From an uncultured Candidatus Saccharibacteria bacterium (GTDB taxonomy: Bacteria > Patescibacteriota > Saccharimonadia > Saccharimonadales > 2-12-FULL-41-12): 64,000 bases of DNA. The stretch spans positions 213,788-277,787 of the forward strand of contig CAMTYB010000001.1 of assembly GCA_947085855.1 (NCBI GenBank), read 5' to 3'. Below the pieces are notes generated by a model, which saw only the letters and a program-made list of their open reading frames with translations, was not told where the DNA came from and searched no databases. The position numbers and the translations under genes are program-made. Positions 44,780 to 53,211 of the stretch are shown in pieces; the stretch's first letter is position 1, and each line of letters opens with the position of its first letter.

Positions 44780-45625
44780 ATGCTAGAAAAAACAAAAACA
44801 TTAGTTGCCCCAATTGCAGCCGCAGCTGCTCTTGCCGGTAGCGCGCCAAACACAATGGCTCACAACGCCGAAACATCAAACTCAATTGGTGCTATTGCCG
44901 CCAACCAGGCAAAAGAGCCTACAACAGTTAATGAAGCGGTTAGAGATATGGATGAACCATCTACTACTAACGTACAGGAAAATATAGAGAAGATCTTCGA
45001 TGAAAGTCCTAAAGAGCTTTCCGAAACTCACTCCAAAGCTCCACAAAAACCAAAAAACCCCGACGCACACAACCCTAATGTAACCGAGAATTTGGGATTT
45101 GCACCCAATGAAGAGCCTAAAGGCCCGGTCAACAGTGACATTGAGAATGGCTTAGCAGAAATTAATGAACATGTGATGGATATGAAGCTTGATGCAATCG
45201 AAGAAGTTGCCTTCCAGGATCTCGCCATACATAACCTCGCCTCAAATACTTTAGACAAGGACCCAAGCAAAGGACCTATAAGCACTGACTCCAATCATTC
45301 TGTGGAAGAAAAACGACCCAACATTGTCGAAGCACCTCCGGTCGAGCAACAGCCTTCAGAAGAAGACGCACTTCCTCCTAAGAACCCCTACCAACCTCCG
45401 GAAGCACACAATCCGATGGGCGAGCTAGCGCCTAATGAAACTGGTCCACTCAACAATGGTCTACGTGACGGTGTGGCTGTAATGGAGCAGCACTTCAGCG
45501 AAATGGCGAGTGACCCTTATCAACCTCCTCAAACTACTGTTGAAGCACCTGCTACAAAGACCCCTGCTAGCGGTCAAAATAATGGTTCAGAGAACGGCGC
45601 CCCTGCCGAAGTCCCTGCACCCTAG
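44780..45625 (+). CDS. Secreted Pro/Asn-rich protein with an internal duplication
   Basis: Signal-like N-terminus MLEKTKTLVAPIAAAAALAGSA. Two related units (PKNPDAHNPNV...APNEEPKGPVN...INEHVMDM and PKNPYQPPEAHNPMGELAPNETGPLN...MEQHFSEM). The ORF track starts 9 nt earlier, at 44771. Confidence 0.5.
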   Translation: MLEKTKTLVAPIAAAAALAGSAPNTMAHNAETSNSIGAIAANQAKEPTTVNEAVRDMDEPSTTNVQENIEKIFDESPKELSETHSKAPQKPKNPDAHNPNVTENLGFAPNEEPKGPVNSDIENGLAEINEHVMDMKLDAIEEVAFQDLAIHNLASNTLDKDPSKGPISTDSNHSVEEKRPNIVEAPPVEQQPSEEDALPPKNPYQPPEAHNPMGELAPNETGPLNNGLRDGVAVMEQHFSEMASDPYQPPQTTVEAPATKTPASGQNNGSENGAPAEVPAP

Positions 45626-45645
45626 GTGAGTCACAGTAACGTCTT

Positions 45646-46425
45646 CTATTTGCCTAAATGTTTGAGCGTGAGCTCGGTACGAGCTCGCGCATAGGTGCAG
45701 AATTCGCAAGGTCCGCCCATGATGCTAACGCCGGTGCCCGGCATTGGGCCATCCATGACCTTTTTCATCGAGAGCAGTGTTGGTTCTACCCAACTATCAC
45801 TGCCTTCATATGAAATCAGTTTGGTGCGGAATTCAATGCGATCATTGAAAGCGTCCAAGTCGAGACGACCATTGGTGTAGACAAAGTAGCCAGTGTCGCT
45901 GACGGCAAAACCATTGGCGCGCAAGAGCCATTGGTAAACTTCCATTTGGCGCTTGTAGGTTACCTGCCAGTCGGCGTCGAGTGATACCTCGCTGGCTTTG
46001 GCGGTTGCCTTGTAATCGACTACCATGAGTTCATCTTTTGAGTTGACCCAGATGTCGTCTACCGCACCGAAGACGTGCAAGTTGGTGGGTTCGTGGACGC
46101 TAGCGACCCCTGTAAAATTCTCGCGCCAGGTGTCTATTTGGTCGTGGGCGAATGGGATTGCATCAACTTTGTACTCAACAATGATGGGATGCGGCTTGCC
46201 TTTTGCTCGGTAGGTGTCGAATTCTTTTTTGAAGAGCTCGTCGACGGCTTTGTTGATTTGGAATGGCGGCCCATCGGGTCGTCTTATTTTAAGGCGGACG
46301 TCGAGCCAAAAGCAGCGTGGACACTGCATGAAGAGTTCAATTTTGCTGCGGCTGACTTTGAACGGCGCAGTTTGACCCGGTTTATATGGAATGGAGCGTT
46401 GCCGCCAGTAGTTGTTTTTTGCCAT
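45646..46425 (-). CDS. PD-(D/E)XK nuclease with Cas4-like Cys cluster
   Basis: CPRCFW near the N-terminus, DDIW...ELMVVDYKATAK nuclease core, and C-terminal CEFCTYARA. ATG 46425 is preferred because it avoids overlap with rsmE. Confidence 0.55.
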   Translation of the reverse strand: MAKNNYWRQRSIPYKPGQTAPFKVSRSKIELFMQCPRCFWLDVRLKIRRPDGPPFQINKAVDELFKKEFDTYRAKGKPHPIIVEYKVDAIPFAHDQIDTWRENFTGVASVHEPTNLHVFGAVDDIWVNSKDELMVVDYKATAKASEVSLDADWQVTYKRQMEVYQWLLRANGFAVSDTGYFVYTNGRLDLDAFNDRIEFRTKLISYEGSDSWVEPTLLSMKKVMDGPMPGTGVSIMGGPCEFCTYARARTELTLKHLGK

Positions 46426-46429
46426 TCCC

Positions 46430-47125
46430 CTATTGTAACAGCTGGGCAGCAGCTGTAATGGCAGCAGTTTCGGCGCGAAGCGTAAATGGACTGAGGTGAA
46501 TATGCGGTATTTTATTCGCTTCGAAGAAGCTTTTTTCGTTATCACTCCAGCCGCCCTCGGGGCCTATTAGCAGGCCGAACTTGGTTTGCTGTTTGGTTGG
46601 AGGTTGTGGGCTGGAAACACCTTGCTGGCAGATAAATAAGGGTAGCTCACCGAGGTATTCCGGCAAGGCTGTTTCCAGGCGCACCGGCTCGCGCACAGTC
46701 GGAATAGTGCCCCGACCGCACTGTTCGCTCGCCTCGCGCACAATCTTCCGTGCTCGATCAATATTAAAATTATCACGAATCGACCGCTCACTCAGCAGCG
46801 GCACAAAATTACTCACCCCCAACTCGGTGCATTTTTGCAAAATCAGATCATTATTATCTTTTTTCAATAAACTCCAAAACAGGTAGACATGCTTTTCCGG
46901 TATCTGTTGCTTGAGCTCAGTTACCATCTCTAGATGGGCCTCAGATCGCGTAATTTCGGTTATTGTATAGAGTCGCTCTGTCTGAGCGCCATCAAACAAA
47001 ATTACCTGCTGGCCAACCCGAAAGCGCAGCACTTTGTTCCATTGCCACAATAGGGCTTCGTCACGCAGCCAAAAGTCTTTCTTGAGCTTAATGGCCTCGC
47101 CGGTATAAAATCGATGAACTCGCAT
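46430..47125 (-). CDS. rsmE: 16S rRNA (uracil1498-N3)-methyltransferase RsmE
   Basis: MRVHRFY start and SPOUT C-terminus LLIGPEGGWSDNE...LRAETA. Confidence 0.8.
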   Translation of the reverse strand: MRVHRFYTGEAIKLKKDFWLRDEALLWQWNKVLRFRVGQQVILFDGAQTERLYTITEITRSEAHLEMVTELKQQIPEKHVYLFWSLLKKDNNDLILQKCTELGVSNFVPLLSERSIRDNFNIDRARKIVREASEQCGRGTIPTVREPVRLETALPEYLGELPLFICQQGVSSPQPPTKQQTKFGLLIGPEGGWSDNEKSFFEANKIPHIHLSPFTLRAETAAITAAAQLLQ

Positions 47126-47172
47126 ATGCCTATTGTACACTGCCCTGCTGTGACTTTGATTACTCAATCTTA

Positions 47173-47201
47173 TTGCATAGTAAGGTGAAAAGTTATATAA
47201 T
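47173..47201 (+). promoter_or_regulatory. Sigma70-type promoter TTGCAT-17-TATAAT
   Basis: Upstream of the 139-aa ORF. The leader carries GAGGAG SD. Confidence 0.6.
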
Positions 47202-47245
47202 TACAGTCGATTTTGATTATAGAAAGAACTTGAGGAGTTTATTAC

Positions 47246-47665
47246 ATGTCAGCACCAGAACGTGACGTAACCCTACACTACCCGCAACGCAGTCGACACA
47301 ATCGAGTCGATGCAGTATGGAATATTGCTATGGGTACTGGAATCGTAGCCGCTATAGTAGCAGGCGCTCTCGCGACTATGAAAACTAGCTCGCCACAGTG
47401 TGAAGGCACACAACGAGTTGCCCTAGGTGCAGGCGACGTACCTCAGCTGGTAGCTCAGGAGCGCATCGATGTTACGAGCGGTTATGTAGACATCCAAGGA
47501 ATGGTCAACAGTGGTCGCAATCGACCACCAGCTGCTTTCCTCAATCCTTTTTACGACGAAGACGCTGAAATTCGAGTTGTCGAAGGTCCGGCTCACCAAA
47601 ACTCTAATATCTCCGGCTGGCAGCCTGGCGATATCGTCGTAATGCCTCAGACCTGCAAAGTCTAG
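47246..47665 (+). CDS. Hypothetical membrane-anchored protein, 139 aa
   Basis: GAGGAG SD and a consensus promoter upstream. Single TM (WNIAMGTGIVAAIVAGALATM). No family recognised. Confidence 0.5.
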   Translation: MSAPERDVTLHYPQRSRHNRVDAVWNIAMGTGIVAAIVAGALATMKTSSPQCEGTQRVALGAGDVPQLVAQERIDVTSGYVDIQGMVNSGRNRPPAAFLNPFYDEDAEIRVVEGPAHQNSNISGWQPGDIVVMPQTCKV

Positions 47666-48942
47666 CGACGTCTCAAAATAGCCAGCGCTTCGATGTGCGG
47701 CGTGCGCGGAAAGAAGTTATAGCCGCTAATCCGCTCTATCTTGTAGGTGTCCTGTAGTTTTTCAAGGTCGCGCGCCAGCGTACTCGGATTACAGCTCAGA
47801 TACACTATGTGACCGGGGCAAATGCCTTCAGTCGCTTCAATAACTTTGCTGTGTAAACCGGCCCGTGGCGGGTCAAAAATGACTGTTGAGTCATCATCGC
47901 AGGTTATATTTTCTGTGGCTGACTCACTCGAAGCATGTACCACCTTTACATCTGTAAATTCACTAGCTGCAGCATTGATTTTAGCCATTTCAACCGAATG
48001 CGGATCGAGCTCTACCAGCCACGGCGCCTGTGCACTCACAGTTAAGCCAATACTCCCCACGCCGGCATACATGTCAGTCACAAAATTATTACCCACCGCT
48101 GCTTTAATTTCTGTCAGGGCTTTTTGGTAGATCTCTAAATTAATTTGGAAAAACGATAGCACATCGTACTGAATTACCTGGCCAAGCAGTTCATCTTGAA
48201 GTGTAACTTCACCAAACTCATACAATTTCCGTGTTGCCACACTTGCCGGACTCTTAGGGTTAGAGAAATACACTACCACTCCCTTGCAGACATCTCCTAG
48301 CTCGGCAATTTGCAGGAGTTTTTCGTTGCGCGTGAACAAAGCAGCCACACATTCACCGGCCTGATTACATCTAACAATTAAACTTTTTAGGTCGCCGGCG
48401 CGGATACCGGCCTGATTTAAATTGGCGCAAATCGCGTTGGCTGTCCTGTCGATTTCTGGCCGCGCAATACTGCTGCCGGTCACAATCTGTTTGCGATGCG
48501 TACCCCTGTTGTACAGCGCTAAATGCAAGCCATCATCATCACCCCAAAACGAATACTCCATCTTGTTGCGATACTGCCATGGCTCATTCGGCGCGTACAA
48601 TTCAATTGGGCCATCGTAGTCTACGTCAGCCCGCTGTAGAGTCTCAATCAAAATGTCGCGCTTGTAGCGATTTTCGGCCTCATAGCTCATCATTTGCCAC
48701 GGACTGGTGCTTAAATACAGATCATCGCGCGGGATAGCCCGCTTGGTTGAGGCTTCAATAATGTCAGTGGCAATACCTTCTATATAAGAGGACCTACTCT
48801 TCTGCGACATAAAAGAAACTACCTCGCCCGGTAAGGTGTTCCAGACGAGGACTTTTTTGCCATCAGGCAAGGCACCAAGGCCTTGCCCACCGTGGACTAA
48901 TTTATCAATACGGACGTTGTCGTACTGCTTCGGCTTCGACAT
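47662..48942 (-). CDS. rlmD: 23S rRNA (uracil-5)-methyltransferase, RlmD/RumA family
   Basis: TRAM-like N-terminus (VRIDKLVHGGQGLG), SAM motif DMYAGVGSIGL, FDPPRAGL, and catalytic YLSCNPSTLARD. Confidence 0.8.
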   Translation of the reverse strand: MSKPKQYDNVRIDKLVHGGQGLGALPDGKKVLVWNTLPGEVVSFMSQKSRSSYIEGIATDIIEASTKRAIPRDDLYLSTSPWQMMSYEAENRYKRDILIETLQRADVDYDGPIELYAPNEPWQYRNKMEYSFWGDDDGLHLALYNRGTHRKQIVTGSSIARPEIDRTANAICANLNQAGIRAGDLKSLIVRCNQAGECVAALFTRNEKLLQIAELGDVCKGVVVYFSNPKSPASVATRKLYEFGEVTLQDELLGQVIQYDVLSFFQINLEIYQKALTEIKAAVGNNFVTDMYAGVGSIGLTVSAQAPWLVELDPHSVEMAKINAAASEFTDVKVVHASSESATENITCDDDSTVIFDPPRAGLHSKVIEATEGICPGHIVYLSCNPSTLARDLEKLQDTYKIERISGYNFFPRTPHIEALAILRRR

Positions 48943-48949
48943 CGTTACT

Positions 48950-49861
48950 TTACTGGAGCGCGGTCAAGATAATCAATACAACCAAGAATTTGACGAGTAA
49001 GTCGGCTCGCAAATAGGCTTCTTCGATACCAGTATAGTCGCGGCCAGCAGCACCGGCTTTCAGGACGTTCGCAGCTGCAATCGCCATCACTACATAACCT
49101 AATACGATCACACCGATGACAGCATAGACGTGCCAACCAAAGCGTTCCATACCCCAGATGCTCGTACCAGCCAATGAGCCAAGAATTGGAGCAAACGCAG
49201 TCAAACCAGCCACCCAAGCAAAAATGTAGGCCAACCAGCGTGGCTGACGAGCCTTAGCATTATCGCGCTCCGCAACCCAACTTAGAACCGCAGCCAAGAG
49301 CATAGCCGCTGCCGAAAGTTTTAGTGTCGAAATATCATTAACACCGACGAGTAGATTCAAGAATACTACTGTTAGCGCAGCTGACAAACCAAAAGACATC
49401 CAACGGAAACCCGAGATACGGCCGGCCAAAGTTGTCTCGTAACGTGCTCGTAATTTAGTTGCCAAAAAGAGTGACAATACTGCACTCACTAATAGCGAAG
49501 CTACCAGCACATACTTGGGATCAATATTGTACAAAACTTCGTGTGCTGTACCCAAAACCACCTTGTCCTGCCCCGCAAATTCATCACGAGCTGAAATCGT
49601 CAGCGTAATCGCGCTCTGCGCCATAGACACAAAGCCTATAACTACACCTGCAAATAAGGTGTACACAACCGCGCTGCTTAAATGCAGGCTACGGATTCGC
49701 TCTAACGGTGTAAGTGGAGCTTTGCGACTTGATGATGTAGTAGTCTTAACAGCAGTCGTTTTGGCTGGTTTGGTAACTTTTGTAGTTTTAGTTTTCTTGG
49801 TAACCTTTGCCGCCTTAGAAGCTGACGCCGGCTTTTTTGATTTAGAAGTTGTTGTTGCCAT
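48950..49861 (-). CDS. Heliorhodopsin-like 7TM protein with Lys/Thr-rich N-terminal tail
   Basis: Seven hydrophobic segments. The stretches GFRWMSFGLSAAL...GVNDIS...LSWVAER and YTGIEEAYLRADLLVKFLVV align without gaps to my recollection of heliorhodopsin 48C12 (FRWVEYSLSSS...GIADIV...FGWLQEK; YLRGERAYIVLSLVAKSAL), including the Schiff-base Lys. ATG 49861 is preferred over GTG 49879. Confidence 0.6.
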   Translation of the reverse strand: MATTTSKSKKPASASKAAKVTKKTKTTKVTKPAKTTAVKTTTSSSRKAPLTPLERIRSLHLSSAVVYTLFAGVVIGFVSMAQSAITLTISARDEFAGQDKVVLGTAHEVLYNIDPKYVLVASLLVSAVLSLFLATKLRARYETTLAGRISGFRWMSFGLSAALTVVFLNLLVGVNDISTLKLSAAAMLLAAVLSWVAERDNAKARQPRWLAYIFAWVAGLTAFAPILGSLAGTSIWGMERFGWHVYAVIGVIVLGYVVMAIAAANVLKAGAAGRDYTGIEEAYLRADLLVKFLVVLIILTALQ

Positions 49862-49867
49862 GGCGCT

Positions 49868-49876
49868 ATGATAGCA
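49868..49876 (-). promoter_or_regulatory. Extended -10 TGCTATCAT, 6 nt before the heliorhodopsin-like ATG
   Basis: Reverse strand: gtgTGCTATCATagcgccATG. Confidence 0.4.
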
Positions 49877-49905
49877 CACTCTGTTGGCTTTGGGGTGAGT
49901 TTTAC

Positions 49906-50343
49906 TTACAGCGCCTTAATATAGGTATTAGCGTCACAAATAGCCAGCGTGCCATCCCGATTCTTACCCCGAACTTCCACCGACGCACCGCGCTGAACTT
50001 TACCAATTACACCCTCATCGTTCTGATTATAAATCTCGCAACTTGACTCGCCCGACGCCAACCGCACTTCATACATCTTATTCCGATCACCCTGCACCAT
50101 ATAAATACCCTCGCCATCAACCTGCATCTTCGACAGATCGACCGATGTCACAGTGCCACGAACAGTCATATAGTCACCACCCGCTTGAGACGCTGACGTT
50201 GGTGCTGGCTGCCCATTTTGCCGCGCATAGCTACCGGTTTTTGCCGGATCATCTTCTCGCTGTACATATATAAATGTACCGACCGCTACTACTGCCGTAA
50301 TAATACTTACGATGATGAGATTGCGGTTGCCGAAGTACTTCAT
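49906..50343 (-). CDS. Hypothetical N-terminally anchored exported protein, 145 aa
   Basis: N-terminal TM (LIIVSIITAVVAVGTFIYV) followed by a beta-rich domain. No family recognised. Confidence 0.5.
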   Translation of the reverse strand: MKYFGNRNLIIVSIITAVVAVGTFIYVQREDDPAKTGSYARQNGQPAPTSASQAGGDYMTVRGTVTSVDLSKMQVDGEGIYMVQGDRNKMYEVRLASGESSCEIYNQNDEGVIGKVQRGASVEVRGKNRDGTLAICDANTYIKAL

Positions 50344-50413
50344 AACCCCAGTATAGCAACCAATAATTAAATTCCTATTCCAAGCAACAACCCTGTTATA
50401 AGCATAAATACTA

Positions 50414-50442
50414 TTGACAAAACGTGTGTTTTTTGCTATAAT
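50414..50442 (+). promoter_or_regulatory. Perfect-consensus promoter TTGACA-17-TATAAT
   Basis: Hexamers at 50414-50419 and 50437-50442. The 44-nt A-rich leader contains AAAGGA. Confidence 0.7.
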
Positions 50443-50492
50443 GCATTACTAGAAATACCCAAAAACAAAACTATTCAAAGGATTTCAAAATT

Positions 50493-51020
50493 ATGCCTCG
50501 ACCATTCCCATTCAATCAAGATGATCGACCAAGCCAGCCAGCTGACCTCAGCGCTGCAATCGACCACTTCTCTGGCGATAAGGAACTAAAAGAAGAAACC
50601 GGCCGGCTGCTTGCCCAAGGCGACGAAGTACTCGCAGCCGATCGACAAGCTCGTGGAGCAGATGCTCCCCGCGCTTCACGCAACATTGGCCGCAAAGCCC
50701 TCGTTGGCGTGGCCGCCGCTGCTGCCATAACATTTCCCACCTCTCGCGACACACTAGTAGATACCACTAAAGCAATCGTGGGCAGCAACTCTGTTGAAGA
50801 AACCGATCAACTCTCTCAGCAAATAAATGAACGAAGCGACGTGCTTCGCCAAGCTATAGCTTCAGGCGAAATTCGCCTACCACAACAAACAGACCAATCA
50901 CCAGAGGAAGACCCCTACCAAGCGGTTCACCAAGCTAACGAGCTTGCTACTGTTGGCGAACAAATGCGACACGGCCAAGACATCCCTGCCGTGCAGGTCG
51001 CCGATCAAACTCGTCAATAA
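50493..51020 (+). CDS. Hypothetical protein with central TM, 175 aa
   Basis: A perfect-consensus promoter lies 51 nt upstream. Central hydrophobic segment ALVGVAAAAAITF. No family recognised. Confidence 0.5.
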   Translation: MPRPFPFNQDDRPSQPADLSAAIDHFSGDKELKEETGRLLAQGDEVLAADRQARGADAPRASRNIGRKALVGVAAAAAITFPTSRDTLVDTTKAIVGSNSVEETDQLSQQINERSDVLRQAIASGEIRLPQQTDQSPEEDPYQAVHQANELATVGEQMRHGQDIPAVQVADQTRQ

Positions 51021-51023
51021 TAG

Positions 51024-52520
51024 TTATAGTTTTACGTCGGGGTAAATTTTGCGGGTGGTTTCGTCGATTTCAGAGCGAAGTTGCGGGAACGGCACTCCTT
51101 CGCGGGCGGTAACACCTTCAAAAATCCAGAAAACACGCTCTGAATAGCCCCAGCCACAGGCTGGCGGCATACCGTATTCGAGCATTTCGACGTAGTCGAT
51201 GTCGAGCATCATGGCTTCGTCATCACCAGCTTCGCGCATCTTTTGTTGTTCGACAAAGCGTTCTAGCTGATCAATTGGATCATTGAGCTCCGAAAAGCCA
51301 TTGCCAAGCTCACTGCCAGCAATGACTGGTTGGAAGCGCTGGACGGTTTCAGGGCGATCTGGATTAGCCTTGGCGAGCGGACTAATAAAGAGCGGTGTGT
51401 TGACTAACCAAACCGGACCAGCCACGTCTTTGCGGATGTTTTTCCAGAGCTTGTCGATACCACGGGCTTTGTTGTCGGCCTTTTCAACTTCAAGTTTGTT
51501 GTCTTTGAGCGCTTTCTTGACCTGTTCGAGAGTACAGTCAAAGACATCAATGTCGTAATGCTTCTTGATAACTTCGGCGTAGTCCCACTCTTCCCAGTCT
51601 TTGCTGAGATCAACGTCAAATTTGCCAAGCTTGAACTGGAGAGTACCAAAAGTAGATTCGATAACATAGCGATACATTTGAGTCATCATTTCCATACCCT
51701 GACGCCAATCGGCGTAGGCCCAGTACCATTCCATGGCAACGTGTTCCGGCAGATGCTCGTCGGAGTAGTTTTCGTTACGGAAGCGCGGACCAACGTCATA
51801 AACGCGCTCAAAACCAGCGCCCAGCAAGCGCTTAAGTGGCAATTCGTGGCTAATACGCAGGTAAAAATCCTGATCAAGCGCATCCATGTGGGTTACGAAT
51901 GGATTGGCATCGGCACCACCAGTAGTGTGCTCAAGGACAGGTATGTTTATCTCTGTAAAACCAGCTTCGTCCAAGAACTGACGGGTAGCCCGCCAAAAGC
52001 GTGAACGGCGGTAAAAGCGCATCCTGACATCATCGTTAACGTTCATATCAACGTAGCGGCGGCGCAGACGCTCTTCTTTGTCGGTCAATTCAGTTGGAGT
52101 TGGCCGCAGAGCCTTAGTCAGCAGACGTAGCGTTTCAACCTGTACTGAGATTTCGCCGGTTTGAGTCTTGATAACCGGGCCGGTTACCTCGACAAAGTCG
52201 CCCGTGTCCAGTAGAGCGATGTCCTTGATAGCGAGTTCGCTGTTGCTGTAATCGGCTTCTTTGTCAGCAGTTTTCCAGAAGGCCTGCAAGTCGCCACCCC
52301 AGTCGCGGACAACTATAAAAGCAATTTTGCCAAATTTGCGGATAGATTTAACCTGGCCAGCGATGGTGACTGGTTTGTTTTCTAGCTCTTCGAAGTTTGT
52401 GCGAATGTAGCCGTTGCTGTGTGTGCGATGTGACTTGGCTGGGTACGGGTTAACGCCCAGCGCTTTCAGTTCTTCGAGCTTGCGCAGACGCTCATTACGA
52501 TAATCTTGTAGGGTTGCCAT
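51024..52520 (-). CDS. lysS: Lysine--tRNA ligase (class II)
   Basis: N-terminal OB anticodon-binding domain. Class II motifs FRNE(NYSDEH), GELGNGFSELNDP, GWGYS. ATG 52520 is preferred over TTG 52526. Confidence 0.92.
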   Translation of the reverse strand: MATLQDYRNERLRKLEELKALGVNPYPAKSHRTHSNGYIRTNFEELENKPVTIAGQVKSIRKFGKIAFIVVRDWGGDLQAFWKTADKEADYSNSELAIKDIALLDTGDFVEVTGPVIKTQTGEISVQVETLRLLTKALRPTPTELTDKEERLRRRYVDMNVNDDVRMRFYRRSRFWRATRQFLDEAGFTEINIPVLEHTTGGADANPFVTHMDALDQDFYLRISHELPLKRLLGAGFERVYDVGPRFRNENYSDEHLPEHVAMEWYWAYADWRQGMEMMTQMYRYVIESTFGTLQFKLGKFDVDLSKDWEEWDYAEVIKKHYDIDVFDCTLEQVKKALKDNKLEVEKADNKARGIDKLWKNIRKDVAGPVWLVNTPLFISPLAKANPDRPETVQRFQPVIAGSELGNGFSELNDPIDQLERFVEQQKMREAGDDEAMMLDIDYVEMLEYGMPPACGWGYSERVFWIFEGVTAREGVPFPQLRSEIDETTRKIYPDVKL

Positions 52521-52528
52521 TGCCAAGC

Positions 52529-52537
52529 ATTATAACA
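52529..52537 (-). promoter_or_regulatory. Extended -10 TGTTATAAT, 8 nt before the lysS ATG
   Basis: Reverse strand: ctcTGTTATAATgcttggcaATG. Confidence 0.5.
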
Positions 52538-52566
52538 GAGATAAAGCGTGAGCAATAATCGAGTTG

Positions 52567-53028
52567 TTAGGCTATTTTTGCAACTTTGTAGGTAGCAGTT
52601 TCAGCTGGGGTGGCGATCTCAACTTCTTCACCGAGTTGCTTGCCCATCAAGGCTTGGCCGATTGGTGATTCATCAGAAATTTTACCGTTGAGTGGATCAG
52701 CTTCGACGGTGCCAACAAGGGTGAATTGCTTGCTCTTACCGTTGCCTTTGAGCTCAACCTGGGAGCCAAGTTGGACTTTGTCGGTTTTGCCTTTTGGCTT
52801 GGCAATAACTTCGACGTTAGCCAAGATGTATTCGATTTCGGAAATACGCGACTCAAGCGTCACCTGCTCGTCTTTGGCAGCATGATATTCGGCATTCTCA
52901 CTTAAATCACCTTGTTCACGAGCGGTCTTAATGGCATCGGCGACGCCGGCTCGCTTAGAAACAAGGCCGTCTAGCTCGGCTTTTAGCTCATCGATGCCTT
53001 CTTGGGTTAAGTGGTATTGCTTTTTCAT
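52567..53028 (-). CDS. greA: Transcription elongation factor GreA
   Basis: LTQEGIDELKAELD...REQGDLSENAEYHAAKDEQ and the C-terminal FKBP-like domain. Confidence 0.9.
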   Translation of the reverse strand: MKKQYHLTQEGIDELKAELDGLVSKRAGVADAIKTAREQGDLSENAEYHAAKDEQVTLESRISEIEYILANVEVIAKPKGKTDKVQLGSQVELKGNGKSKQFTLVGTVEADPLNGKISDESPIGQALMGKQLGEEVEIATPAETATYKVAKIA

Positions 53029-53211
53029 GTCATGCTTCCTTTGCTTCGTTATGTTCGCGTAAACCCTCTCTCGCCCACGTTTCGTTTACATTCCTGTATT
53101 TCTGATGGTTTGATTCAGTTTACCTTTGATTTATAAAAAACTCAAACGCACCCGGTTTTGGCGAGTCAAATATATGATTTATCGACTCATTCTTACCATT
53201 TATGGTGTATT

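Noticed and set aside
51558-52004. Long antisense ORFs inside well-supported genes (for example 51558-52004, 53126-53584, 57838-58281, 61546-62004, 1301-1636, 26474-26860, 40247-40630)
   Set aside because: These are shadow ORFs opposite or overlapping genes with clear family signatures. Their low-complexity, Ser/Arg/Leu-rich translations are typical of non-coding frames.
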